A stretch of DNA of 64,000 nt from Raillietiella orientalis. Lineage: Eukaryota. The DNA is taken from assembly GCA_036172245.1 (NCBI GenBank), contig JAYWIR010000008.1:1922001-1986000 (forward strand), in the 5' to 3' direction. The notes under the pieces were generated by a model that did not search any database, was not told the origin of the DNA, and saw nothing but the letters and a program-made list of their open reading frames with translations. Positions 39,201-49,587 of this stretch are shown piece after piece (within the stretch, counting starts at the first letter, position 1; each line of letters opens with the position of its first letter). The position numbers and the translations under genes were made by a program.

Positions 39201-42200
39201 TCTTGAAAATCCAAGGACTCCGGAATGGAACTCGAATGCAAGAAAGTGCAGGCAATCCCAAAAGGCATTACGGACGGACGCGCATTTTTCGGGCTGTCGA
39301 CGCTCATCATTAGCTTCGACAGAAGGATGTGATGCTGATACGTGTGCCCATGTTGAATCATTCTGTAAAATCTTCTATAAAATATGAACGTATAGAGTTC
39401 CTTCCTCGTACATCACTTCCTCGTTCCATCCTCTAATATAACACATATGCCACGAACACGGATCCACAAAGGATAAAGGTCGAAGGTAGATGACACCGCG
39501 CTGGCCACCAGGAAACAAATTTTTTGAAAATCTTTGGGGAAAAAAAAAAATTTTTCCTCCATTCACTGTTGCCTGTTCTTACACGATTGACATCTGGCTA
39601 ACGGTGCGAATTGCATTCTACTATTCCCGGTCGAGGCCATCGCAGCGCCTCGTCGTGCAGAGGTAGGGCACCAGTAGTTCACTAAAACACCGAATGAAGA
39701 CTTCGGAAAGCAATTCGGAGGCATTGTGTACCTGGGACCCCGGTCTGACCCTGCCTTCGGAAGACGGAATGCCGGGGTAGTGCGTCGCGAGAGTCTTTGC
39801 TCGTCAATCACAATCCTTTCTTTGCAACGCCAGAACATTCGAGAAGGTTTGAATTAGCAGCAGTGGTAAGAGAAAACGAGGAAAACAAGCGACTGGAGAA
39901 CCAGCAGGAAGTGAACGAGGAACTTCCGTGTCTCCTTAGCCCGATCTTTGTGTTTAGCTAGAGGAAGCTTTCAGGGTGAAGATGGAAGGTCACAAGTAGG
40001 AACTGCACATTTTTTTTTCCTCTCAAAAGGAGCACACATAATTCACTTTTAGTACGGATCTGTGGATCAATGGCGGAGTGACTGCTTTTGGTGAGCAACT
40101 CGAAAATCTATCGGCGAAGACTCCTTCGGAGCAGAACGGATCTGGCGAGGTACTCTCTAGAGAATTTCTTCTGTCTGGAGATTCAAGCGGGCGGGATGAA
40201 ACCCTCTGGACCTGGAGGGAACGGGCCGCACAAAGTTCTTCAACGGAATCCGTTACAGAGTCGAGGCGGCTGCAGAGCCAGTAAGTCAGTGACCTCATCA
40301 AAGTCCATGCAAGCATACGAGCGAATCACCTGATCTATACAAAGACAGAAGCACATCTCCTTGACCATCCGGAAGGTGAGAGAAGGAAGAAAAATTTTCT
40401 TTGGAAAGCGTCATCTCAAGAGGCTGAGCAGAAGGTCCGCGTTTTGGTGACTCCATACACCCCAGCTCAGGAAAGCGGCGCACTTTTCAGTTGATGAACA
40501 CCACGACCAGCGAGAGGCGATGGGCAGCGCTGGGTGCATCGGAATTCAAACCCTCCTCGCCAGCGGACCCCGCCCTATTCGCGCATTGCAGGTTCACATG
40601 TGCCGCGCTTCTCTAGGAAAAGGGAAGCAGCTGGCGGAGGGATGGGTACCGTGGATGTCTCGTGCGGAAAGAGAAATGCCCAGATGATTGAATGCAGCAT
40701 TTCAAAGTCTGCATCAGGCCCGAGTCTATCGGTATCAGGAAGCCGACGCACGGAAGACGGGAAGCAGCCCGCAGTGTAGTCGTCGCTAAGACGCCAGCTT
40801 GTCCCCGGAGGCAGCCTCTTCGTGACTTCGGGCGCGTCCGAAAGCGCGCCTGCATCCTTCAAGAAGAAGCGCTGAAGAAAGGGGAAAACGTCCGTTTTCG
40901 GAACCTCCCGCTTTCTCCTTCGCTAGCGGGAGGAACCCGGTCCGAGAGTTCGCTGCAAGAGTCATCGGGATGCCGAATTTCCGAAAACGGCTATGCTTTT
41001 CAGGAAGCAGAACTTCCGAAAGCGTAGGCGGACCTGCTCTGATTGTAGAGTGGGCGGAGGGACTACATGAAAACAAAATAAAGCAAAGTAAGATGAAATG
41101 AATAAAATAAATCAATAAACAAAATACAGGGACCTGGATGTGCAAGCAACATGAAGTTGTCGTCCAGCGTGCAGAACAGCCTTGACACCCACCAGGCGCA
41201 CCTGAGGACTATGGGAGAACCTGAGAACTATGGGCCAAACCGCAGGGTAGGAAAGCACCTCCGGAAGGGGAGCACCGAGCTTTGGACCTTGAAGACGCGG
41301 CAGATCAAGGATGCAGGCCTGGGCGGATGCCGAAACCCCCTCTGTCGAAAGTGAAAGTCGAAAGGGCGTCTGCATCCTCCTGCGAGAGATGCCTGCCGGA
41401 CGAGCAAAGTCCAGTCCGGATATCTGCCATCTCTTAAGGAACGTGGGGAGCAGAGTGGGACCGGGAAGATGTCGGAGGAACGAGCAAGCACGGGGGTCTC
41501 ACGTGGTCGAAGCGACCGGGGAGACCAGACTTCTGGTCCCGCAGAAAGCCGGAGCACGACCTGGAAGAGTTGGCTCAGCGGCGGTGGACGGGGATGCGAC
41601 CTCTCGCAAGGTCGGTCCCCATCTACCTTCCGCTACAGGGAAAAAGACCCAAGGGCAGAAACGACTCCCTCGACGCCTCCAGCACGATATGGGAAAAGGT
41701 CGGCAAGAATCTACCTGGACGCGGGACTGAGAGGAGCGAAAGACGGAGGGGTCGAATGAGAGGTTCGTTAAGACCCAAAGAAAAAGGAAGGAAGGATCTG
41801 AAGGACAGCTGATGATCCTACGGGAGCATCCGCTCCAAGGAACCCTCCTTTAGAGGTGGGATCTTTCCGGGTCCCGAGCGGGAATCCCACAGCTCCCAGA
41901 GATGGCGCGCGAGCCAGAATTCGCTTCCATTCCAGAAACCCCACCTTCTGGAGCAGCAGTTCGGGCAGGGAGAGACTGCAACATCAGTCAGGCAGCGGGA
42001 GAAAACGCTGGACTGGGAGTGGCCAGCACGATGTCGATGGACACTTCTGGTGGGGTAGGGGGAGAGTGACAAGGGCGCTGGGGGGTGTGGATGCAGGCCT
42101 TACAGACCATCCTGGAAGAACTGCGACGTCCCGTTTGTTCCAGCGCCACCCACGCCGGACTTCCCAGTTGGGCACCCTCCGTTCTCCGCAGGGATGCCTG

Positions 42201-42971
42201 TGAGCCTTCCGGGCAGTTAGGGACCGCAGCGGAGAACAGAGAACGAGCTCCTTTTCCGATGGCAGGGAGGATGTCAGGCGGATGGTCCTTGCGGGCCTCG
42301 CCCCACGGCGCCCGCGAGGATCACCGCACGAGCGTCGCGAAGGAGACGGAAAACGTGCAGAGGGGCCACGAAGATGGAGGATTGGGAGGAGGTAAGTGAG
42401 AATTGTGTGGGAATTTCCCCAAGATGAGCCGTCGGGAATCCGTGCTTGTCCAACCGTGCGAGGTGTGGATGCAGCTGCGCTCGCGAAAGCAGACCTCCGA
42501 CCCTTTTTCTTGGAAACCAGCCGACTCGAAGATTGGGGCCATCATCCGTCGAGCCCAGCGGCACTGCGGCAAAGGAGGGTTCTCATCGAGGGCGCAGGCT
42601 AAGGAGGAGGAGGAGAGGGCGACCTACAGGAGAGGGAGTAACGCCGCTGAGGTGCGATGCCGGGGTATCGGGCGGGGACGGAGGAAAATGACGCGCTCTT
42701 AGGGTCGGCGCCACGAAGCACGCGCAGTCCTCCCCCCCTCCTCCCCTCTTACCGTTGAGCAAGGCCAGGAACAGAGAGAGGAAGACGCTTAGCAGGGAGT
42801 TCACCCCCGGCCCCTCGCTGGCGACGACCCAGATGATGAAGCAGATTCCCAGGGGCAAGCACTGGGAGGACTGGGCCAGCGCGGTGTGGGCGATCTGCCG
42901 GCCAGAGTCCCTGTTCCGCCGGATCGAGGTCATGGGGTGGAATGGCCGGTAAAACTTTTCCTCCTCCTCCT
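30274..42971 (-). CDS. Highly divergent cationic amino acid transporter-like protein (SLC7/CAT, APC superfamily); exons 42971-42753, 37082-36784, 35297-35163, 35099-34918, 31671-31248, 31206-30663, 30621-30564, 30484-30274; 5' end unresolved
   Basis: All exons are GT-AG bounded and phase-consistent, with no internal stop. The product aligns in order to CAT-1 segments: LPLGICFIIWVVASEGPGVNSLLSVFLSLFLALLNG ~ [52 protein letters not shown] ~ VGELWAFITGWNLIL; PVDLMGVALIL..TR|ES ~ PDIFAVIIIL..VK|ES; GASLLFVSYAG ~ GAATCFYAFVG; SHGLL ~ DGLL; SALVVCCVILHSY ~ YSLVAACVLVLRY; LPENTQADHTF...GTIFFLVAG ~ QPESKTKLSF...GFIIYFGYG. The last exon is less certain (alternative stop at 30560). Confidence 0.8.
31890..33060 (-). 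mobile_element. Decayed L1/Tx1-clade ORF2 (AP endonuclease plus linker) inside the transporter intron
   Basis: Ordered motif remnants across frameshifts: NRICAP (~NVYAP), TVGGGCYFD (~GGDFN), FLKLN (~WKLN), WWGE, EQGAQTARIF (~EEGEKxTRFF), SFHGILH (~FYxxLY). Confidence 0.5.
33860..34400 (+). mobile_element. Possible LTR-retrotransposon integrase C-terminus with PPT/LTR remnant
   Basis: RPAQVVEVGELAYRTIG...ANRRQ resembles the Gypsy integrase tail; a purine tract aaaggaaga (~34255-34263) precedes an AT-rich LTR-like stretch. Confidence 0.25.
34153..34246. repeat. Degenerate minisatellite, ~11-nt unit (TATTCTTCAGG), about 8 copies
   Basis: tatccttcagg tatctttatc tgctcttcagg tattcttcagt ttttcttcagg tactctttagg tgttctttgag tatcctttagg tattct. 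Confidence 0.8.
37796..37968 (-). mobile_element. DNA-transposon-like terminus (hAT-like CAGGGGTGCCAA end), copy 1
   Basis: ~170-bp segment repeated at 39430-39596 (ccacgaacacgga...aaggtag.tgacac...aaatttttga..atcttt..polyA.tttttcc...ttacacgattg). The minus strand begins CAGGGGTGCCAATCGTG. Confidence 0.45.
39430..39596 (-). mobile_element. Second copy of the 37796-37968 repeat
   Basis: Colinear but clearly diverged match to 37796-37968, in the same orientation. Confidence 0.5.
41150..42100 (+). mobile_element. Decayed L1-clade AP endonuclease region inside transporter intron 1
   Basis: SRKGVCILL (~GVAILI), TFRY...SARIYLD (~TF..SRIDRIY) and GIFRV (~G.WRLN) remnants in order, broken by stops and frameshifts. 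Confidence 0.45.
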
Positions 42972-44013
42972 CTGAGGAGGAGACGAGGGAAACGGGGAAC
43001 TTCAGGGAGGCCCCGCTGGTCCAGGAGCAGCGGATTTCCTCATCCTGGCTTCCGACGACGGCTCGCAGCATCTGACTCACAGCCGCCCACGTCCGTCGCA
43101 ACTGCATCTCGCGCCGATCATCATCCCCGCGCTGGCGCCTCCCCGACACGTGCGCGCGGCGGTGGCGGTGCAAGCGGAGCTCCCTGATCGCTCCGGCCGC
43201 AGACGCCCCCGTGAGCGTGTGCTGCCGCTGTCGCCACCCACGCTGGAGCCTCCGAGGCTCGGATGTTGCCCTGCTCCGGCAGGATCCACCGGCTCACGTA
43301 GGAGAGGGAGGAGGAGCGACCTCTCTCGAAGTTGCCAGCCCTGAGGAGCCCGCGGTCAAGGCGGCCAACCAATCGCCTCCCAGGAACCCTGAGCGGATGG
43401 GTGCGCCTTCTGGAGAGCATCGTGGGAGGAGGAGAGAGAAAAGGCCTCTCTCCAGAAAGAGCTCCTTCGAAATCGATTCCTCCCGTCCCCCCTCCTTTCC
43501 CCTCGATTCCCGAAGGATGATCTCTCTCGTCCCCAGCGGTGGGACTCCCGCGATCGAACGGGTACTGTTGAGTTCTGTCCTTTTCTTCCCCCCTCCCCTT
43601 CCCTGCAGCAGCAGCTTCCTCAACTCACTTTCCGATGCTTTTTTCGTCCTTTCCAACCGGGATGTTGAGAGAGCTTGCAATGTAGATCAGGAAGGAAGAA
43701 GGAAGAAAACAGGAGGAAGAGGAGGAGAAAAAGGAGGAAGGGAACAGGAACGCAGCGGATCTGAGGAGAGAGCGCATGTTTTCTTCCACCTGGTTTCCTC
43801 TTGGAAAATAAAAGCCCATCATCTCCTATGCGACGGAGGAGGGAAGCTCTGCCTCAGGTAGCTGCGCAGTTGAGCTCCCAGAACCCTCTTTCGCACAGCT
43901 GCAGGCCATTACGGGAGCCGCAGCATGATTGGAGACGGCAGACTTTTCCTTTTTTTTTTTTTTTCTTGCCCCTCTGACGCAACGAAGGCTGCTTAACCGC
44001 GCAGGACGCGCGG

Positions 44014-44136
44014 TCGGTCGTTGTGTCCGGTTGCCAAGGGCGGTCCGTCCCTATCCCGAGCGGAGTTTCCGGAACGCGCGGGTCCTGCCCCGCTCGTCCC
44101 TGCGCGCGCGGACGGGGTTCGAATCCATGAGCGCCA
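44014..44136 (+). pseudogene. tRNA-like sequence (tRNA pseudogene or SINE head)
   Basis: Perfect B box GGTTCGAATCC at 44116-44126, an A-box-like tgtccggttgccaagg, and a ccgtcc/ggacgg pairing. The acceptor stem is imperfect and no anticodon can be assigned. Confidence 0.3.
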
Positions 44137-45349
44137 TCGTCAAGTGATCGCGCTCCGTATCACGTGAACAGCTGGGAATCTGCTGGCGGATCCCTCCCTC
44201 CTCCCTCTCCGCACCTCCAAGCGCACTGCATGCCAGCTTCCAAGCTAAGGATCTCGCGCAGCTTCCAGCACATGCCTTGACACGCCCGCCCTCCATCTGT
44301 TCGCGCTCGAGTCGCAGAGGTGAGGATCCGCGGGCGACCGGAACGGTGAAGAAGAAGACTAGGACGGTGCTGAGATCAGCTCCCAGCAACCGATTCTTCC
44401 GCGACTCTTGCGGCGCAAAGAGGGCGTGCCGCTGCCGCTCGCCTTCAGGGGCACCCCAGCGTGCAATGCTTTTGAGCGTGTGCAAGACGGAGAAGGCTTC
44501 CCACCCTTCTTCTTGAGGAAACCCTACCATGCTCCCTTCCCGTATCCAAAGAACGGGAATCGGACCTCCCCGTGGGAAGGAGGCAGTCCTGCGATGCGCG
44601 TGAGAATCGTCCACTCGGAAAAACTGAAGGTTCGAGCAGCCTGGGTTGGAAGACCCACCTTCCAAGAGAGGTGACCGGGATGAGTCGCCCTCCAATGCCC
44701 CTTGGGACATCGGTTTCCGAGTCGCGGACCAATGTGCCCACTCCAAGAGCGCTCGATAACCAACGTGGGCGCGGCTTCCCACCGAGGGGCACGCCGCAGC
44801 AAGTCTCCAAAGATGGGAAGTTTCCGCGAGCTCACGCAGGCGTCCACGTCCAGGCACAGCTTCCTCATGGAGATGTCGTGTTGCCCGAACGGACCATTGT
44901 CTCGGGCAAGAGATGGTCCGCGAACGAGACGACCACGTGATCCGGACATCAGATGTCTGGCCCCACTCTGAACCGCTGGAGCTCCTCGTACGTCCGCAGC
45001 ACCCACACCAGAAACATTCGGTGCTCAAGGAAGGCTGTTCGACCAGTCTGAAAAATCAGATCACGGTGCCATGAAGGATCGTCCGGTTCGAGCGTAGTCG
45101 ACCTTTGCCAAGGAGAAGTCTCTCTCTGCTTGTTCCGGAAGTTGAGATCGAGAGGGGCAAAGCCCTCGAATTTATCCTCCCTCCGCGACTGCAAGATGTC
45201 ATCTCGGCAAGTCAGCGCCGATCAGATGACTACGCGCCCAGAGATTCTCTGGGTCCTGCTTTCTGCGCCCCTGCCGCTCCTCCAACTGATAGCGAACCGC
45301 GAGACGGAAATCGTGAAACGCGGCGACGAGTCGGGCAAGGGGCAAGGCC

Positions 45350-45620
45350 GAGGTGCACCTGGAATGCTGAGACGTGCCTGGAGGCATCTTCCAGGAAAGG
45401 GCCATCAAAAGGAACAGGAACTGGTCTTGCGCTTACAGTTGGCACTTTGGGTGCCACCAAAAGAGACTCCAGGTTTCCTGAGGAATTGGGATCGACCGAA
45501 GCGTGCTCAAGGGCTGCTTGCATGAAACCGCAGTGCAGACCAAACCCTCAGGGGTCTCTCTGGCGCACTCTCTACTGCCATTGCCGGGACTGAAGGCGGA
45601 GTCTCCAGGAGGGCTCGCGT
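45350..45620 (+). mobile_element. Decayed L1-clade ORF2 C-terminal (zinc-finger) fragment
   Basis: RRAWRHL..KEQELVLRLQLALWVP...CMKPQC...SLAH/LYCHC, the layout of the zf-RVT region. Confidence 0.35.
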
Positions 45621-47038
45621 CCCGACCCTTCCAAGACCCCTTCCGTTCCTATGGAACCTGCCGTTCTTCTCCGACGGAGCCCCGGAAGGCAAAAAGGACT
45701 CTGTCCAGGAAGCTGGGGCTAAACTCGACGCTTCAGCACCACTCGTCCCCAGGACCACTTTGCTTCTTCAAGAGAGACGTCACGCACTCCACCGAGATTC
45801 CAATTTCCCACGGTTGCCACCGTGCCGCCACCAGCAACCCGCGCCTTCCACGGGTCGCATCGACACCGTAACTCAACGATGGTTTGTCCCCCTGAGCCAT
45901 CTCTTCCGCCGACCAAGCTGAATCCCTCGTGACACCGCGGGGGGACCAGAACACTGGACCCTCTGGTGCGTACGGCCATCCGAATCTTCGATGTCTTCTT
46001 TAGAAACCAGCGGCACCCTTTTGAAAGCGGTGGGCAGGTTGGCACTTTGGGTTTTCTTATACCGCTCCTTCATCATATCGAGCAGATACGACGCACCTAC
46101 CAGAGAGAAAGAGGAAGAGGAAGAGAAGAGAGTGTTTGACACTCACGGCTTCCGGGAAGCTCTGTGACTGCTGGTACAAGTCTTGGCAACGGGTGCAGGA
46201 AGTGTATGGAATCCGAGCATGTGCAAGGCGTGTCCAGCGGCGCGCCTCCCGATATCGCGCTGCCTTCGGTCCATGTTCCCACCCTTCCACTCACTCTCCT
46301 CCACAATTGGGAGATTCCTTTGATCCTCCCATGTTCAATAGGGCATCCACCATGGAACGGAAGTGCTTGGCGCGCACTTCGCTTACAGAGCCTGCGTACA
46401 TACGTGAGATGCGTGTGTGTTTGGCGTGGAGGCAGCACGACTGGATTCCAGGGTGCGCTTCGGCTCGCGGCGGCATCTGCTGGAGGGAAAAGTCGACTCT
46501 TCTGGAAGACTCTGGAAAACCCTGAGGGCTGCGGTAACCCTAGTTTCAGGAGGTCACCGTCCTCCGCAACCTCTCTCACCTGCCTTGAAGCTCCTCAAAG
46601 CTGAAGTCATCGTCTCGTTACTGTAGGTCGGAAAGGGCGCTCCTCAAGGACAAATTCCGAGGCATTCCTTTTCTCCCGTCCCTCCCCTTGACGAAGGGCT
46701 CATCTCTCTCCCCATTACCACCGAGTTGGGAATAGCGCTGAAGAGCAGCTCCACCGAAGTTCCATCCTTCGCGATCCAGAGTGAAACCTCCTGCCCTTCT
46801 CGTCTGCCTCTTGAGTCAGATCAGCTCCGCGGAACTGAAGAACTGCACTCTGGGATCGTCCCAGGGAAGCTGACTAGGTCAGCGCATGCAGAAAGGTGGG
46901 GGCGGCGGCAGGATGCTGCCGAATTTCGATCGATATCGATCGATCAGAAGCTGCGCTCCAGGCACCCACACACACCAGAAGAGCATGGGTACGTGGTCCA
47001 CTGGCTCTCTGCCCTTTGATTCCTCGGGTCGAAATCTG

Positions 47039-47420
47039 CCCGAAAAGCTCGCAAGCTCTCGGCATTCTCCGTGGTTACTTTGCGGGGAAGTGGATCTAGA
47101 AATCAGCACTCCTCTGTGCCTCCTGGAGAACAGGGAGTCTGGAGGTCACATGATACGTGTCAGGATAGTTTCCATTCTGTCAGCGACCTCTTTGGAAGTC
47201 AGTTCAGCTGGTATGTGCTGCGACCCTCAGCGTTCTTGTCCCGATGAGAGGAACTGCCCCCGGACAAATCCGCGGTCTCCTCTCCCCCCTCTGTGCATGG
47301 ACATTTTCGTCCTACCCGTGAAGCAGCAACACCATACTGTGGCTCTGTTGCTGCTGCTGCTGCACTGGGTGCATTCAGCGCGACCAAGCACGGACACGTG
47401 TAGAGAGTAGGCATGTCCTG
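47039..47420 (-). pseudogene. Decayed 3CxxC-type (RTP/ZAR1-like) zinc-binding domain
   Basis: Across frameshifts: VLGRAECTQC...MVLLLH...RGFVRGQF..GQE...AELTSKEVADRMETILTRI...NHGEC/RACELFG, following the FGRF.CxxC..ILFH..G.V...Q.CxxC..H..CEAC..G pattern. Confidence 0.35.
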
Positions 47421-47766
47421 CGCAGTGATGCAATTCTCCTCCTCTCAAAGCTTCCAGACTGCAGTTAGCTTCTCCCTGAAGGTGTTTTCCCTTTCTACGA
47501 CGCCCTCGTGCCGAAGACGGTGGTGGCGATTCTAGCTGTCCGCATCTTCACTATCCTGGAACGATCCTCAAGGTGAACATGAGGCGGATGCGTTGCTGGG
47601 CCACATTAGCTGATCTAGCTGATGGTGTGATCACTGCGCTAAAAAGACCCAGAGGGAACAGGGTAGGTCTGAAGGTGACAGTGGAATAACAAGCTCAGTG
47701 GGGGCAATCGTAGGTGAGTTGTGGGCCCACCAGCTGAAAATTAGCTTCTACTAGGTAGAGTGCTGA

Positions 47767-47960
47767 GCTCACGCTGGCGGCAGCGTGGCCATGGCGTCTG
47801 AGCTCAGCACCTAGCGTCGCGAGTCAGAACACCTGCAAGGGGAAGAAACTTCGAAGTGGATGAGTTGTGGTTTCGAGTTCCCCCGAGAGATGACGCCAGG
47901 ATGGACCGAGCTCGCGTGCGCGTCGATCGAATGCGCTCTCCTCCGGGGCCGGCTGCCCGC
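47767..47960 (+). mobile_element. Older/truncated copy of the same SINE family (head plus core)
   Basis: gctcacgctggcggcagcgtggcca...cacctagcgtcgcgagtcagaacacctgcaaggggaag...gttgtggtttcgagttcccccgagagatgacgc aligns to the head and core of 57937-58110. Confidence 0.55.
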
Positions 47961-49587
47961 TTACTAGCCTGGAATTGCGTGTGGACCTTTCGGGATTGCT
48001 CTCTGCCCGTTTCAGGCACAGCTTCACGCGCGGCAGACTACGCGGAGGAGCTGTCGAGCTGCTTGGATGCTCCCTCTATGGGGTGAAGAGATGGTTCTTG
48101 CGTACTCAACGAACCAAAAAACAAAATAAAAAGATTAAAGGATGCAGCAAAAAATAAATCAGGATCCCATTTTCCTAGAAATAGGAAGTAATGTGGATAA
48201 GAAATAGGACTATTGGCGTGGTCGGCAGAAAATGGATGGACGGTAGGAAGTCTTTGGTGATGAAGAGCAGTCGGAACTGGAGTGCTTCTAGGCTTCTTTT
48301 GGTTACCAGGGGGATTGGATGAGATGCTTGTGTGGAGGAATAGAGGTGCATGTGCTGACGATGATCATGAGCGCTGTAGAATGAAGGGAGACGAACCGGT
48401 AGGATGCCCGTTTTCGGGCATCATTTCTTTCCGTTGAGATTCGACAGTGTCTTTCATGCTGGCTGGAGGCATCTTGCCACCTTGCAAATGCACGTGAGTA
48501 AAGTCCTCAGGCTGCTGACTTTTGAAAGCAGCCAGAAAGGAAAAAAGGAAAATGTTGGAGTCGCGCTTAAGGGAGATGGCGAGGTACCAAGGAAATAGCA
48601 TCACTGGGGGGGAAACGAAGCCATGCTTTCCCCACACGCGTACCCCGTTTCCGTAACACACGCTCCGGGTGGGTTTCGGAAGAACATAGGAAGGAACCAA
48701 CATGTCCACCCTACACAGTCCGAGATGGACGGTTGTTGCGCTGGTTCGATCGAAGCCGCACCCACACCGGCAGGAGACTTCGGTATGCCTCCGGAACCTG
48801 AAAACGTGCCCATGGGGTAGGCATGGGGAAGATCACGCCCTTCCGGGAGTGGCACTCCGGTGCTGCAGCGAACGAGCTCCAAGAGCACGTCTGGGCCACC
48901 AGATGTAACGTAAGCATACGAGAGATGGCGCGACGCGCGTCGCGTGACGGGAAACCATTTTCTGACGCCTGAGCCTCAATCTTGCATCCATGTGAGCAAC
49001 CTATGGAAACCAATTTGTTGTGGCAAACGGCCTCTTTCAGAAGAGGCTCCCGATGTTAGCCGTCAAGGCCGCCTTGAGCGCGAAATGGTGTCGAAACACT
49101 CGCACGAAAAATTACTTCCTACAGTGATCATCCGACTCAAGAATAAAATGGCTAAACGCCTCCGGCAAGTCTATGACTCGTTCCACATGAGTCATTCAGA
49201 ACCTAACCACCCCAAAAAACGTTCTCGCTTTCGTTTCGTTGTTGCGTTTTGAGCTGCCTTGGCAACTACGGACGAGAACACAGAGACCACAGGCAGCTAG
49301 ACTTCCCTGCCTGAGAGTTTGCGTAGGTGTGCCGTAGTACCGCAGCACCTGGAACTCGTGGCGCATAGCAACCGCTGCTGCTGCCGCTGCTCGGGTTGCG
49401 GTGACCGCCCCTGGCGGCCGTGCGCGGCAGCGACATTTTTTCGTGCCCGCACTGGGAAAACACGACGTCCACCACGTGCGTTCGACAGGTACGGACGTCG
49501 AGACATACCGCGCGCATCATTTTTTCGCAAAGACGCGATGCTCCGATGCTTCAAGCCGGAAGAGCAAATAGGGCATCTCCAGCAGCC

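Noticed and set aside
43000..43700. Candidate first exon(s) and start codon of the transporter
   Set aside because: Several donor/acceptor combinations are possible and none is supported by homology; left unresolved.
46926..46943. Palindrome tcgatcgatatcgatcga (and cgcgacgcgcgtcgcg near 48927)
   Set aside because: Low-complexity short palindromes without supporting context.
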